64,000 nt of DNA from Eledone cirrhosa (taxonomy: Eukaryota): positions 41,726,001 to 41,790,000 of the forward strand of contig OZ024740.1 of NCBI GenBank assembly GCA_964016885.1. The letters run 5' to 3'. The position numbers and the translations under genes were made by a program. Positions 36,001 to 50,375 of this stretch are shown one piece after another. The notes beneath the pieces were generated by a model. It was not told where the DNA came from. It made no database searches and saw only the letters and a list, made by a program, of their open reading frames with translations. Each line of letters starts with the position of its first letter. Positions within the stretch are counted from its first letter, which is position 1.

Positions 36001-39000
36001 ACCTGTCCATAGACTGGTGCATGACACAGCTGTCCATAGACTGGTGCATGACACACCTATCCATATACTGGTGCATGACACACCTGTCCATAGACTGGTG
36101 CATGACACACCTGTCCATAGACTGGTGCATGACACACCTATCCATAGACTGGTGCATTACACACCTATCCATGGACTGGTGCATGACACACCTGTCCATA
36201 GACTGGTGCATGACACACCTGTCCATAGACTGGTGCAAGACACACCTATCCATACACTGGTGCATGACACACCTGTCCATAGACTGGTGCATGACACACC
36301 TATCCATAGACTGGTGCATGACACACCTGTCCATAGACTGCTGCATGACACACCTGTCCATAGACTGGTGCATGACACACCTATCCATACACTGGTGCAT
36401 GACACACCTATCCATAGACTGGTGCATGACACACCTGTCCATAGACTGGTGCATGACACACCTGTCCATAGACTGCTGCATGACACACCTGTCCATAGAC
36501 TGGTGCACCACACACCTATCCATACACCGGTGCATGACACACCTGTCCATAGACTGGTGCATGACACACCTGTCCATAGACTGGTGCATGACACACCTAT
36601 CCATACACTGGTGCATGACACACCTATCCATAGACTGGTGCATGACACACCTATCCATAAACTGGTGCATGACACACCTATCCATAAACTGGTGCATGAC
36701 ACACCTGTCCATAGACTGGTGCATGACACACCTGTCCATAGACTGGTGCATTACACACCTATCCATAGACTGGTGCATTACACACCTATCCATAGACTGT
36801 TGCATTACCCAACTGTCCATAGACTAGTGCATTACACACCTATCCATACACTGGTGCATGACACACCTGTCCATAGACTGGTGCATGATACACCTATCCA
36901 TAGACTGGTGCATGACACACCTATCCATAGACTGGTGCATTACACACCTGTCCATAGACTGGTGCATGACACACGTGTCCATAGACTGGTGCATGACACA
37001 CCTGTCCATAGACTGGTGCATGACACACCTATCCATATACTGGTGCATGACACACCTATCCATAGACTGGTGCATGACACACCTATCCATACACTGGTGC
37101 ATGACACACCTGTCCATAGACTGGTGCATAACACACCTGTCCATAGACTGGTGCATGACACACCTATCCATAGACTGGTGCATGACACACCTGTCCATAG
37201 ACCGGTGCATGACACACCTATCCATAAACTGGTGCATTACACACCTATCCATAGACTGGTGCATGACACACCTGTCCATAGACTGGTGCATGACACACCT
37301 GTCCATAGTCTGGTACATGACACACCTGTCCATAGACTGGTGCATGACACACCTGTCCATAGACTGGTGCATGACACACCTGTCCATAGACTGGTGCATG
37401 ACACACCTGTCCATAGACTGGTGCATGACACACCTATCCAGAGACTGGTGCATGACACACCTATCCATAAACTGGTGCATGACACACCTATCCATAGACT
37501 GGTGCATTACACACCTATCCATAGACTGTTGCATTACTCACCTGTCCATAGACTAGTGCATTACACACCTATCCATACACTGGTGCATGACACACCTGTC
37601 CATAGACTGGTGCATGATACACCTATCCATAGACTGGTGCATGATACACCTATCCATAGACTGGTGCATGACACACCTGTCCATAGACTGGTGCATTACA
37701 CACCTGTCCATAGACTGGTGCATGACACACGTGTCCATAGACTGGTGCATGACACACCTGTCCATAGACTGGTGCATGACACACCTATCCATACACTGGT
37801 GCATGACACACCTATCCATAGACTGGTGCATGATACACCTATCCATACACTGGTGCATGACACACCTGTCCATAGACTGGTGCATAACACACCTGTCCAT
37901 AGACTGGTGCATGACACACCTATCCATAGACTGGTGCATGACACACCTGTCCATAGACCGGTGCATGACACACCTATCCATAAACTGGTGCATGACACAC
38001 CTATCCATAGACTGGTGCATGACACACCTGTCCATAGACTGGTGCATGACACACCTGTCCATAGACTGGTGCATGACACACCTATCCATACACTGGTGCA
38101 TGACATACCTATCCATAGACTGGTGCATGACACACCTATCCATAAACTGGTGCATGACACACCTATGCATAAACTGGTGCATGACACACCTATCCATAGA
38201 CTGGTGCATTACACACCTATCCATAGACTGTTGCATTACCCACCTGTCCATAGACTAGTGCATTACACACCTATCCATACACTGGTGCATGACACACCTG
38301 TCCATAGACTGGTGCATGACACACCTGTCCATAGACTGGTGCATGACACACCTATCCATAGACTGCTGCATGACACACCTATCCATAGACTGGTGCATGA
38401 CACACCTGTCCATAGACTGGTGCATGACACCCCTATCCATAGACTGGGGCATGACACACCTATCCATAGACTGGTGCATGACACACCTGTCCATAGACTG
38501 GTGCATGACACACCTATCCATAGACTGGTGCATGACACACCTATCCATAGACTGGTGCATGACACACCTATCCATAGACTGGTGCATGACACACCTATCC
38601 ATAGACTGGTGCATGACACACCTATCCATAGACTGGTGCATGACACACCTGTCCATAGACTGGTGCATGACACACCTATCCATAGACTGGGGCATGACAC
38701 ACCTATCCATAGACTGGTGCATGACACACCTATCCATAGACTGGTGCATGACACACCTATCCATAGACTGGGGCATGACACACCTATCCATAGACTGGTG
38801 CATGACACACCTATCCATAGACTGGTGCATGACACACCTATCCATAGACTGGTGCATGACACACCTGTCCATACACTGGTGCATGACACACCTATCCATA
38901 GACTGGTGCATGACACACCTATCCATAGACTGGTGCATGACACACCTCTCCATAGACTGCTGCATGACACACCTGTCCATAGACTGGTACATTACACACC

Positions 39001-42000
39001 TGTCCATAGACTGCTGCATGACACACCTGTCCATACACTGGTGCATGACACACCTATCCATAGACTGGGGCATGACGCACCTATCCATAGACTGGTGCAT
39101 GAGACACCTATCCATAGACTGGGGCATGACACACCTATCCATAGACTGGTGCATGACACACCTGTCCATAGACTGGTGCATTACACACCTGTCCATAGAC
39201 TGGTGCATGAGACACCTATCCATAGACTGGGGCATGACACACCTATCCATAGACTGGTGCATGACACACCTATCCATAGACCGGTGCATGACACACCTAT
39301 CCATAGACAGGTGCATGACACACCTATCCATAGACTGGTGCATGATACACCTGTCCATAGACTGGTGCATGACACACCTGTCCATAGACTGGTGCATTAC
39401 ACACCTGTCCATAGACTGGTGCATTACACACCTGTCCATAGACTGGTGCATTACACACCTATCAATAGACTGGTGCATGACACACCTGTCCATAGACTGG
39501 TGCATGACACACCTATCCATACACTGGTGCATGACACACCTGTCCATAGACTGGTGCATTACACACCTATCCATAGACTGGTGCATTACACACCTATCCA
39601 TAGACTGCTGCATGACCCACCTGTCCATAGACTGGTGCATTACACACCTATCCATAGACTGGTGCATGACACACCTGTCCATAGACTGGTGTATTACACA
39701 CCTGTCCATAGACTGGTGCATGACACACCTGTCCATAGACTGGTGCATTACACACCTATCCATAGACTGGTGCATGACACACCTGTCCATAGACTGGTGC
39801 ATTACACACCTGTCCATAGACTGGTGCATGACACACCTGTCCATAATCTGGTGCATGACACACCTGTCCATAGACTGGTGCATTACACACCTATCCATAG
39901 ACTGGTGCATGAAACACCTATCCATAGACTGGTGCATGACACACCTGTCCATAGACTGGTGCATGACACACCTGTCCAGAGACTGGTGCATGACACACCT
40001 GTCCATAGACTGGTGCATGACACACCTATCCATAGACTGGTGCATGACACACCTGTCTATAGACTGGTGCATGTCACACCTATCCATAGACTGGTGCATG
40101 ACACACCTGTCCATAGACTGGTGCATGACACACCTATCCATAGACTGGTGCATGACACACCTGTCCATAGACTGGTGCATGACACACCTGTCCATAGACT
40201 GGTGCATGACACACCTGTCCATAGACTGGTGCATGACACACCTGTCCATAGACTGGGGCATGACACACCTGTCCATAACTGGTGCATGACACCCCTGTCC
40301 ATAGACTGGTGCATGTCACACCTATCCATAGACTGGTGCATGACACACCTATCCATAGACTGGTGCATGACACACCTGTCCATAGACTGGTGCATGACAC
40401 ACCTATCCATAGACTGGTGCATGACACACCTGTCCATAGACTGGGGCATTACACACCTGTCCATAGACTGGTGCATGACACACCTATCCATAGACTGGTG
40501 CATTACACACCTGTCCATAGACTGGGGCATGACACACCTGTCCATAGACTGGTGCATTACACACCTGTCCATAGACTGGTGCATGACACACCTGTCCATA
40601 GACTGGTGCATGACACACCTGTCCATAGACTTGTGCATGACACACCTATCCATACACTGGTGCATGACACACCTGTCCATAGACTGGTGCATGACACACC
40701 TATCCATAGACTGGTGCATGACACACCTGTCCATAGACTGGTGCATGTCACACCTATCCATAGACTGGTGCATGACACACCTGTCCATAGACTGGTGCAT
40801 GACACACCTATCCATAGACTGGTGCATGACACACCTATCCATAGACTGGTGCCTGACACACCTGTCCATAGACTGGTGCATGACACACCTATCCATAGAC
40901 TGGTGCATGACACACCTGTCCATAGACTGGTGCATGACACACCTGTCCATAGACTGGTGCATGACACACCTGTCCATAGACTGGTGCATGACACACCTAT
41001 CCATAGACTGGTGCATGACACACCTGCCCATAGTCTGGTGCATGACACACCTGTCCATAGACTGGTGCATGACACACCTGTCCATAGACTGGTGCATGAC
41101 ACACCTGTCCATAGACTGGTGCATTACACACCTGTCCATAGACTGGTGCATGACACACCTGTCCATAATCTGGTGCATGACACACCTGTCCATAGACTGG
41201 TGCATGACACACCTGTCCATAGACTGGTGCATGACACACCTGTCCATAGACTGGTGCATGACACACCTATCCAGAGACTGGTGCATGACACACCTATCCA
41301 TAAACTGGTGCATGACACACCTGTCCATAGACTGGTGCATGACACACCTATCCATAGACTGGTGCATGAAACACCTGTCAATAGACTGGTGCATGACACA
41401 CCTGTCCATAGACCGGTGCATGACACACCTGTCCATAGACTGGTGCATGATACACCTATCCATAGACTGGTGCATGACACACCTGTCCATAGACTGGTGC
41501 ATGTCACACCTGTCCATAGACTGGTGCATGACACACCTGTCCATAGACTGGTGCATGACACACCTATCCATAGACTGGTGCATGACACACCTATCCATAG
41601 ACTGGTGCATGACACACCTGTCCATAGACTGGTGCATTACACACCTGTCCATAGACTGGTGCATGACACACCTATCCATAGACTGGTGCATGACACACCT
41701 ATCCATAGACTGGTGCATGACACACCTATCCATAGACTGGTGCATGACACACCTGTCCATAGACTGGTGCATTACACACCTGTCCATAGACTGGTGCATG
41801 ACACACCTATCCATAGACTGGTGCATGACACACCTATCCATAGACTGGTGCATGACACACCTGTCCAAAGACTGGTGCATGACACACCTGTCCATAGACT
41901 GCTGCATGACACACCTGTCCATAGACTGGTGCATGACACACCTATCCATACACTGGTGCATGACACACCTATCCATAGACTGGTGCATGACACACCTGTC

Positions 42001-45000
42001 CATAGACTGGTGCATGACACACCTTTCCATAGACTGCTGCATGATACACCTGTCCATAGACTGGTGCATGACACACCTATCCATACACTGGTGCATGACA
42101 CACCTGTCCATAGACTGGTGCATGACACACCTGTCCTTAGACTGGTGCATGACACACCTATCCATACACTGGTGCATGACACACCTATCCATAGACTGGT
42201 GCATGACACACCTATCCATAGACTGGTGCATGACACACCTATCCATAGACTGGTGCATGACACACCTATCCATAAACTGGTGCATGACACACCTATCCAT
42301 AAACTGGTGCATGACACACCTATCCATAGACTGGTGCATTACACACCTATCCATAGACTGTTGCATTACACACCTGTCCATAGACTAGTGCATTACACAC
42401 CTATCCATATTCTGGTGCATTACACACCTGTTCATAGACTGGTGCATGATACACCTATCCATAGACTGGTGCATGACACACCTGTCCATAGACTGGTGCA
42501 TTACACACCTGTCCATTGACTGGTGCATGATACACCTGTCCATAGACTGGTGCATGACACACCTGTCTATAGACTGGTGCATGACACACCTGTCTATAGA
42601 CTGGTGCATGACACACCTATTCATAAACTGGTGCATGACACACCTGTCCATAGACTGGTGCATGACACACCTATCCATAGACTGGTGCATGACACACCTG
42701 TCCATAGACTGGTGCATGACACACCTGTCCATAGACTGGTGCATGACACACCTGTCCATAGACTGGTGCATGATACACCTATCCAGAGACTGGTGCATGA
42801 CACACCTGTCCATAGACTGGTGCATGACACACCTGTCCATAGACTGGTGCAAGACACACCTATCCATACACTGGTGCATGACACACCTGTCCATATACTG
42901 GTGCATGACACACCTGTCCATAGACTGGTGCATGACACACCTGTCCATAGACTGGTGCATGACACACCTGTCCATAGACTGGTGCATGACACACCTGTCC
43001 ATAGACTGCTGCATGACACACCTGTCCATAGACTGGTGCATGACACACCTATCCATACACTGGTGCATGACACACCTATCCATAGACTGGTGCATGACAC
43101 ACCTGTCCATAGACTGGTGCATGACACACCTGTCCATAGACTGCTGCATGACACACCTGTCCATAGACTGGTGCACGACACACCTATCCATACAGCGGTG
43201 CATGACACACCTGTCCATAGACTGGTGCATGACACACCTGTCCATAGACTGGTGCATGACACACCTATCCATACACTGGTGCATGACACACCTATCCATA
43301 GACTGGTGCATGACACACCTATCCATATACTGGTGCATGACACACCTATCCATAAACTGGTGCATGACACACCTATCCATAGACTGGTGCATTACACACC
43401 TATCCATAGACTGTTGCATTACCCACCTGTCCATAGACTAGTGCATTACACACCTATCCATACACTGGTGCATGACACACCTGTCCATAGACTGGTGCAT
43501 GATACACCTATCCATAGACTGGTGCATGACACACCTATCCATAGACTGGTGCATGACACACCTGTCCATAGACTGGTGCATTACACACCTGTCCATAGAC
43601 TGGTGCATGACACACGTGTCCATAGACTGGTGCATGACACACCTGTCCATAGACTGGTGCATGACACACCTATCCATACACTGGTGCATGACACACCTAT
43701 CCATAGACTGGTGCATGACACACCTATCCATACACTGGTGCATGACACACCTGTCCATAGACTGGTGCATAACACACCTGTCCATAGACTGGTGCATGAC
43801 ACACCTATCCATAGACTGGTGCATGACACACCTGTCCATAGACCGGTGCATGACACACCCATCCATAAACTGGTGCATGACACACCTATCCATAGACTGG
43901 TGCATGACACACCTGTCCATAGACTGGTGCATGACACACCTGTCCATAGTCTGGTACATGACACACCTGTCCATAGACTGGTGCATGACACACCTGTCCA
44001 TAGACTGGTGCATGACACACCTGTCCATAGACTGGTGCATGACACACCTGTCCATAGACTGGTGCATGACACACCTATCCAGAGACTGGTGCATGACACA
44101 CCTATCCATAAACTGGTGCATGACACACCTATCCATAGACTGGTGCATTACACACCTATCCATAGACTGTTGCATTACCCACCTGTCCATAGACTAGTGC
44201 ATTACACACCTATCCATACACTGGTGCATGACACACCTGTCCATAGACTGGTGCATGATACACCTATCCATAGACTGGTGCATGACACACCTATCCATAG
44301 ACTGGTGCATGACACACCTGTCCATAGACTGGTGCATTACACACCTGTCCATAGACTGGTGCATGACACACCTGTCCATAGACTGGTGCATGACACACCT
44401 ATCCATAGACTGGTGCATGACACACCTGTCCATAGACCGGTGCATGACACACCTATCCATAAACTGGTGCATGACACACCTATCCATAGACTGGTGCATG
44501 AAACACCTGTCCATAGACTGGTGCATGAAACACCTGTCCATAGACTGGTGCATGACACACCTATCCATAGACTGGTGCATGACACACCTGTCCATAGACT
44601 GGTGCATGACACACCTGTCCATAGACCGGTGCATGACACACCTATCCATAAACTGGTGCATGACACACCTATCCATAGACTGGTGCATGACACACCTATC
44701 CATAGACTGGTGCATGAAACACCTGTCCATAGACTGGTGCATGACACACCTATCCATAGACTGGTGCATGAAACACCTGTCCATAGACTGGTGCATGACA
44801 CACCTGTCCATAGACTGGTGCATGACACACCTGTCCATAGACTGGTGCATGACACACCTGTCCATAGACTGCTGCATGACACACGTGTCCATAGACTGGT
44901 GCATGACACACCTATCCATACACTGGTGAATGACACACCTGTCCATAGACTGGTGCATGACACACCTGTCCATAGACTGGTGCATGACACACCTATCCAT

Positions 45001-48000
45001 ACACTGGTGCATGACGCACCTATCCATAGACTGGTGCATGACACACCTATCCATAGACTGGTGCATGACACACCTGTCCATAGACTGGTGCATGACACAC
45101 CTATCCATAAACTGGTGCATTACACACCTATCCATAGACTGGTGCATGACACACCTGTCCATAGACAGGTGCATGACACACCTGTCCATAGACTGGTGCA
45201 TGACACACCTGTCCATAGACTGGTGCATGACACACCTATCCATAGACTGGTGCATGACACACCTATCCATAAACTGGTGCATGACACACCTATCCATAGA
45301 CTGGTGCATTACACACCTATCCATAGACTGGTGCATGACACACTTGTCCATAGACTGGTGCATTTCACACCTATCCATAGACTGGTGCATGACACACCTA
45401 TCCATAGACTGGTGCATGACACACCTGTCCATAGACTGGTGCATTACACACCTATCCATAGACTGGTGCATGACACACCTGTCCATAGACTGGTGCATTT
45501 CACACCTATCCATAGACTGGTGCATGACACACCTATCCATAGACTGGTGCATGACACACCTATCCATAGACTGGTGCATGACACACCTATCCATAGACTG
45601 GTGCATTACACACCTATCCATAGACTGGTGCATGACACACTTGTCCATAGACTGGTGCATTTCACACCTATCCATAGACTGGTGCATGACACACCTATCC
45701 ATAGACTGGTGCATGACACACCTGTCCATAGACTGGTGCATTACACACCTATCCATAGACTGGTGCATGACACACCTGTCCATAGACTGGTGCATTTCAC
45801 ACCTATCCATAGACTGGTGCATGACACACCTATCCATAGACTGGTGCATTACACACCTATCCATAGACTGGTGCATGACACACCTATCCATAGACTGGTG
45901 CATTACACACCTATCCATAGACTGGTGCATGACACACCTATCCATAGACTGGTGCATTACACACCTATCCATAGACTGGTGCATGACACACCTATCCATA
46001 CACTGGTGCATGACACACCTATCCATAGACTGGTGCATTACACACCTATCCATAGACTGGTGCATGACACACCTATCCATTGACTGGTGCATTACACACC
46101 TATCCATAGACTGGTGCATGACACACCTGTCCATAGACTGGTGCATTACACACCTATCCATAGACTGGTGCATTACACACCTGTCCATAGACTGGTGCAT
46201 GACACACCTGTCCATAGACTGGTGCATTACACACCTATCCATAGACTGGTGCATGACACACCTGTCCATAGACTGGTGCATGACACACCTGTCCATAGAC
46301 TGGTGCATTACACACCTATCCATAGACTGGTGCATTACACACCTGTCCATAGACTGGTGCATGACACACCTGTCCATAGACTGGTGCATTACACACCTAT
46401 CCATAGACTGGTGCATTACACACCTATCCATAGACTGGTGTATGACACACCTGTCCATAGACTGGTGCATTACACACCTATCCATGGACTGGTGCATGAC
46501 ACACCTGTCCATTGACTGGTGCATGACACACCTGTCCATAGACTGGTGCATTACACACCTATCCATAGACTGGTGCATTACACACCTATCCATGGACTGG
46601 TGCATGACACACCTGTCCATTGACTGGTGCATGACACACCTCTCCATAGACTGGTGCATGACACACCTATCCATAGACTGGTGCATTACACACCTATCCA
46701 TGGACTGGTGCATGACACACCTGTCCAGAGACTGGTGCATGACACACCTGTCCATAGACTGGTGCATGACACACCTGTCCATAGACTGGTGCATGACACA
46801 CCTGTCCATAGACTGGTGCATTACACACCTATCCATAGACTGGTGCATTACACACCTATCCATAGACTGGTGCATTACACACCTATCCATAGACTGGTGC
46901 GTGACACACCTATCCATAGACTGGTGCATTACACACCTGTCCATAAACTGGTGCATTAAACACCTATCCATAGACTGGTGCATGACACACCTGTCCATAC
47001 ACTGGTGCATGACACACCTGTCCATAGACTGGTGCATGACACACCTGTCCATAGACTGGTGCATGACACACCTGTCCATAGTCTGGTACATGACACACCT
47101 GTCCATAGACTGGTGCATGACACACCTGTCCATAAACTGGTGCATTACACACCTATCCATAGACTGGTGCATTACACACCTGTCCATAGACTGGTGCATT
47201 ACACACCTATCCATAGACTGGTGCATTACACACCTGTCCATAGACTGGTGCATTACACACCTGTCCATAGACTGGTGCATGACACACCTGTCCATAAACT
47301 GGTGCATTACACACCTATCCATAGACTGGTGCATTACACATCTGTCCATAAACTGGTGCATTACACACCTGTCCATAGACTGGTGCATTACACATCTGTC
47401 CATAAACTGGTGCATTACACACCTATCCATAGACTGGTGCATTACACATCTGTCCATAAACTGGTGCATTACACACCTGTCCATAAACTGGTGCATTACA
47501 CACCTATCCATAGACTGGTGCATTACACATCTGTCCATAAACTGGTGCATTACACACCTGTCCATAGACTGGTGCATGACACACCTATCCAGAGACTGGT
47601 GCATAACACACCTGTCCATAGACTGGTGCATGATACACCTGTCCATAGACTGGGGCATGACACACCTGTCCATAGACTGGTGTATGACACACCTATCCAT
47701 AGACTGGTGCATGACACACCTATCCATAGACTGGTGCATGACACACCTGTCCATAGACTGGTGCATGACACACCTGTCCATAGACTGGTGCATTACACAC
47801 CTGTCCATAGACTGGTGCCTGACACACCTGTCCATAGACTGGTGCATGACACACCTGTCCATAGACTGGTGCATGACACACCTGTCCATAGACTGGTGCA
47901 TGACACACCTATCCATAGACTGGTGCATGACACACCTGTCCATAGACTGGTGCATGACACACCTATCCATAGACTGGTGCATGAGACACCTGTCCATAGA

Positions 48001-50291
48001 CTGGTGCATGACACACCTATCCATAGACTGGTGCATGACACACCTGTCCATAGACTGGTGCATGACACACCTGTCCATAGACTGGTGCATTACACACCTG
48101 TCCATAGACTGGTGCATGACACACCTGTCCATAGACTGGTGCATGACACACCTGTCCATAGACTGGTGCATGACACACCTGTCCATAGACTGGTGCATGA
48201 CACACCTATCCATAGACTGGTGCATGACACACCTGTCCATAGACTGGTGCATGACACACCTATCCATAGACTGGTGCATGAGACACCTGTCCATAGACTG
48301 GTGCATGACACACCTATCCATAGACTGGTGCATGACACACCTGTCCATAGACTGGTGCATGACACACCTGTCCATAGACTGGTGCATGACACACCTATCC
48401 ATAGACTGGTGCATTACACACCTGTCCATAGACTGGTGCATTACACACCTGTCCATAGACTGGTGCATGACACACCTGTCCATAGACTGGTGCATTACAC
48501 ACCTGTCCATAGACTGGTACATGACACACCTGTCCATAGACTGGTGCATGACACACCTATCCATAGACTGGTGCATTACACACCTATCCATAGACTGGTG
48601 CATGACACACCTGTCCATAGACTGGGGCATGACACACCTGTCCATAGACTGGTGCATGACACACCTGTCCATAGACTGGTGCATGACACACCTATCCATA
48701 GACTGGTGCATGACACACCTGTCCATAGACTGGTGCATGACACACCTGTCCATAGACTGGTGCATGACACACCTGTCCATAGACTGGTGCATGACACACC
48801 TGTCCATAGACTGGTGCATGACACACCTATCCATAGACTGGTGCATGACACACCTGTCCATAGACTGGTGCATGACACACCTGTCCATAGACTGGTGCAT
48901 GACACACCTGTCCATAGACTGGTGCATGACACACCTGTCCATAGACTGGTGCATGACACACCTATCCATAGACTGGTGCATGACACACCTGTCCATAGAC
49001 TGGTGCATGACACACCTGTCCATAGACTGGTGCATGACACACCTGTCCATAGACTGGTGCATGACACACCTATCCATAGACTGGTGCATGACACACCTGT
49101 CCATAGACTGGTGCATGACACACCTATCCATAGACTGGTGCATGAGACACCTGTCCATAGACTGGTGCATGACACACCTATCCATAGACTGGTGCATGAC
49201 ACACCTGTCCATAGACTGGTGCATGACACACCTGTCCATAGACTGGTGCATTACACACCTGTCCATAGACTGGTGCATGACACACCTGTCCATAGACTGG
49301 TGCATGACACACCTGTCCATAGACTGGTGCATGACACACCTGTCCATAGACTGGTGCATGACACACCTATCCATAGACTGGTGCATTACACACCTATCCA
49401 TAGACTGGTGCATGACACACCTGTCCATAGACTGGTGCATGACACACCTGTCCATAGACTGGTGCATGACACACCTGTCCATAGACTGGTGCATTACACA
49501 CCTATCCATAGACTGGGGCATGACACACCTGTCCATAGACTGGGGCATGACACACCTATCCATACACTGGTGCATGACACACCTATCCATAGACTGGTGC
49601 ATTACACACCTGTCCATAGACTGGGGCATGACACACCTGTCCATAGACTGGTGCATTACACACCTATCCATAGACTGGTGCATGACACACCTGTCCATAG
49701 ACTGGTGCATGACACACCTGTCCATAGACTGGTGCATGACACACCTATCCATAGACTGGTGCATGACACACCTGTCCATAGACTGGTGCATGACACACCT
49801 GTCCATAGACTGGTGCATGACACACCTATCCATAGACTGGTGCATGACACACCTGTCCATAGACTGGTGCATGACACACCTGTCCATAGACTGCTGCATG
49901 ACACACCTGTCCATAGACTGGTGCATGACACACCTGTCCATAGACTGGTGCATTACACACCTCTCCATAGACTGGTGCATGACACACCTGTCCATAGACT
50001 GGTGCATGACACACCTGTCCATAGACTGGTGCATGACACACCTATCCATAGACTGGTGCGTGACACACCTGTCCATAGACTGGTGCATGACACACCTATC
50101 CATAGACTGGTGCATGACACGCCTGTCCATAGACTGGTGCATGACACACCTATCCATAGACTGGTGCGTGACACACCTGTCCATAGACTGGTGCATGACA
50201 CACCTATCCATAGACTGGTGCGTGACACACCTGTCCATAGACTGGTGCATTACACACCTGTCCATAGACTGGTGCATGATACGCCTGTCCA
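1..50291. repeat. 27-bp tandem satellite array, ~1,860 monomers, consensus GCATGACACACCT(G/A)TCCATAGACTGGT; continues past the left edge
   Basis: Read directly: the register recurs every 540 bp (20 monomers) from position 1 to 39961, shifts by 1 after a single-base deletion at ~40277, and the last monomer breaks off at ~50291. Variation is almost all substitutions; main alleles are ctGtcc/ctAtcc and catGac/catTac. Confidence 0.99.
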
Positions 50292-50294
50292 CCT

Positions 50295-50375
50295 CATTAC
50301 ACAACTGTTAGTAGCCTGGCGTGTTACACACCACTCATCAGGCTGCTGCATTACATACTCGTCAGCAAGCTGGTG
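50295..50375. repeat. Three degenerate 27-bp monomers at the array edge
   Basis: cattacacaactgttagtagcctggcg, tgttacacaccactcatcaggctgctg and cattacatactcgtcagcaagctggtg align ungapped to array monomers at about 21/27, 19/27 and 19/27, at exact 27-bp spacing. Confidence 0.85.

Noticed and set aside
1-50291. CRISPR array (palindromic repeat of CRISPR-like length)
   Set aside because: Monomers abut with no unique spacers, no cas genes are present, and the context is eukaryotic.
1-50291. Telomeric repeat or tandem RNA-gene array
   Set aside because: No TTAGGG-type G-rich unit, and the unit is too short for a tRNA, 5S or snRNA gene.
44194-50304. Reflectin-like protein (Met-Asp-rich repeat in a probable cephalopod)
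   Set aside because: It lacks the Tyr/Gly/Trp richness and MD(X)5MD spacing of reflectin motifs; the resemblance is only the MDR tripeptide.
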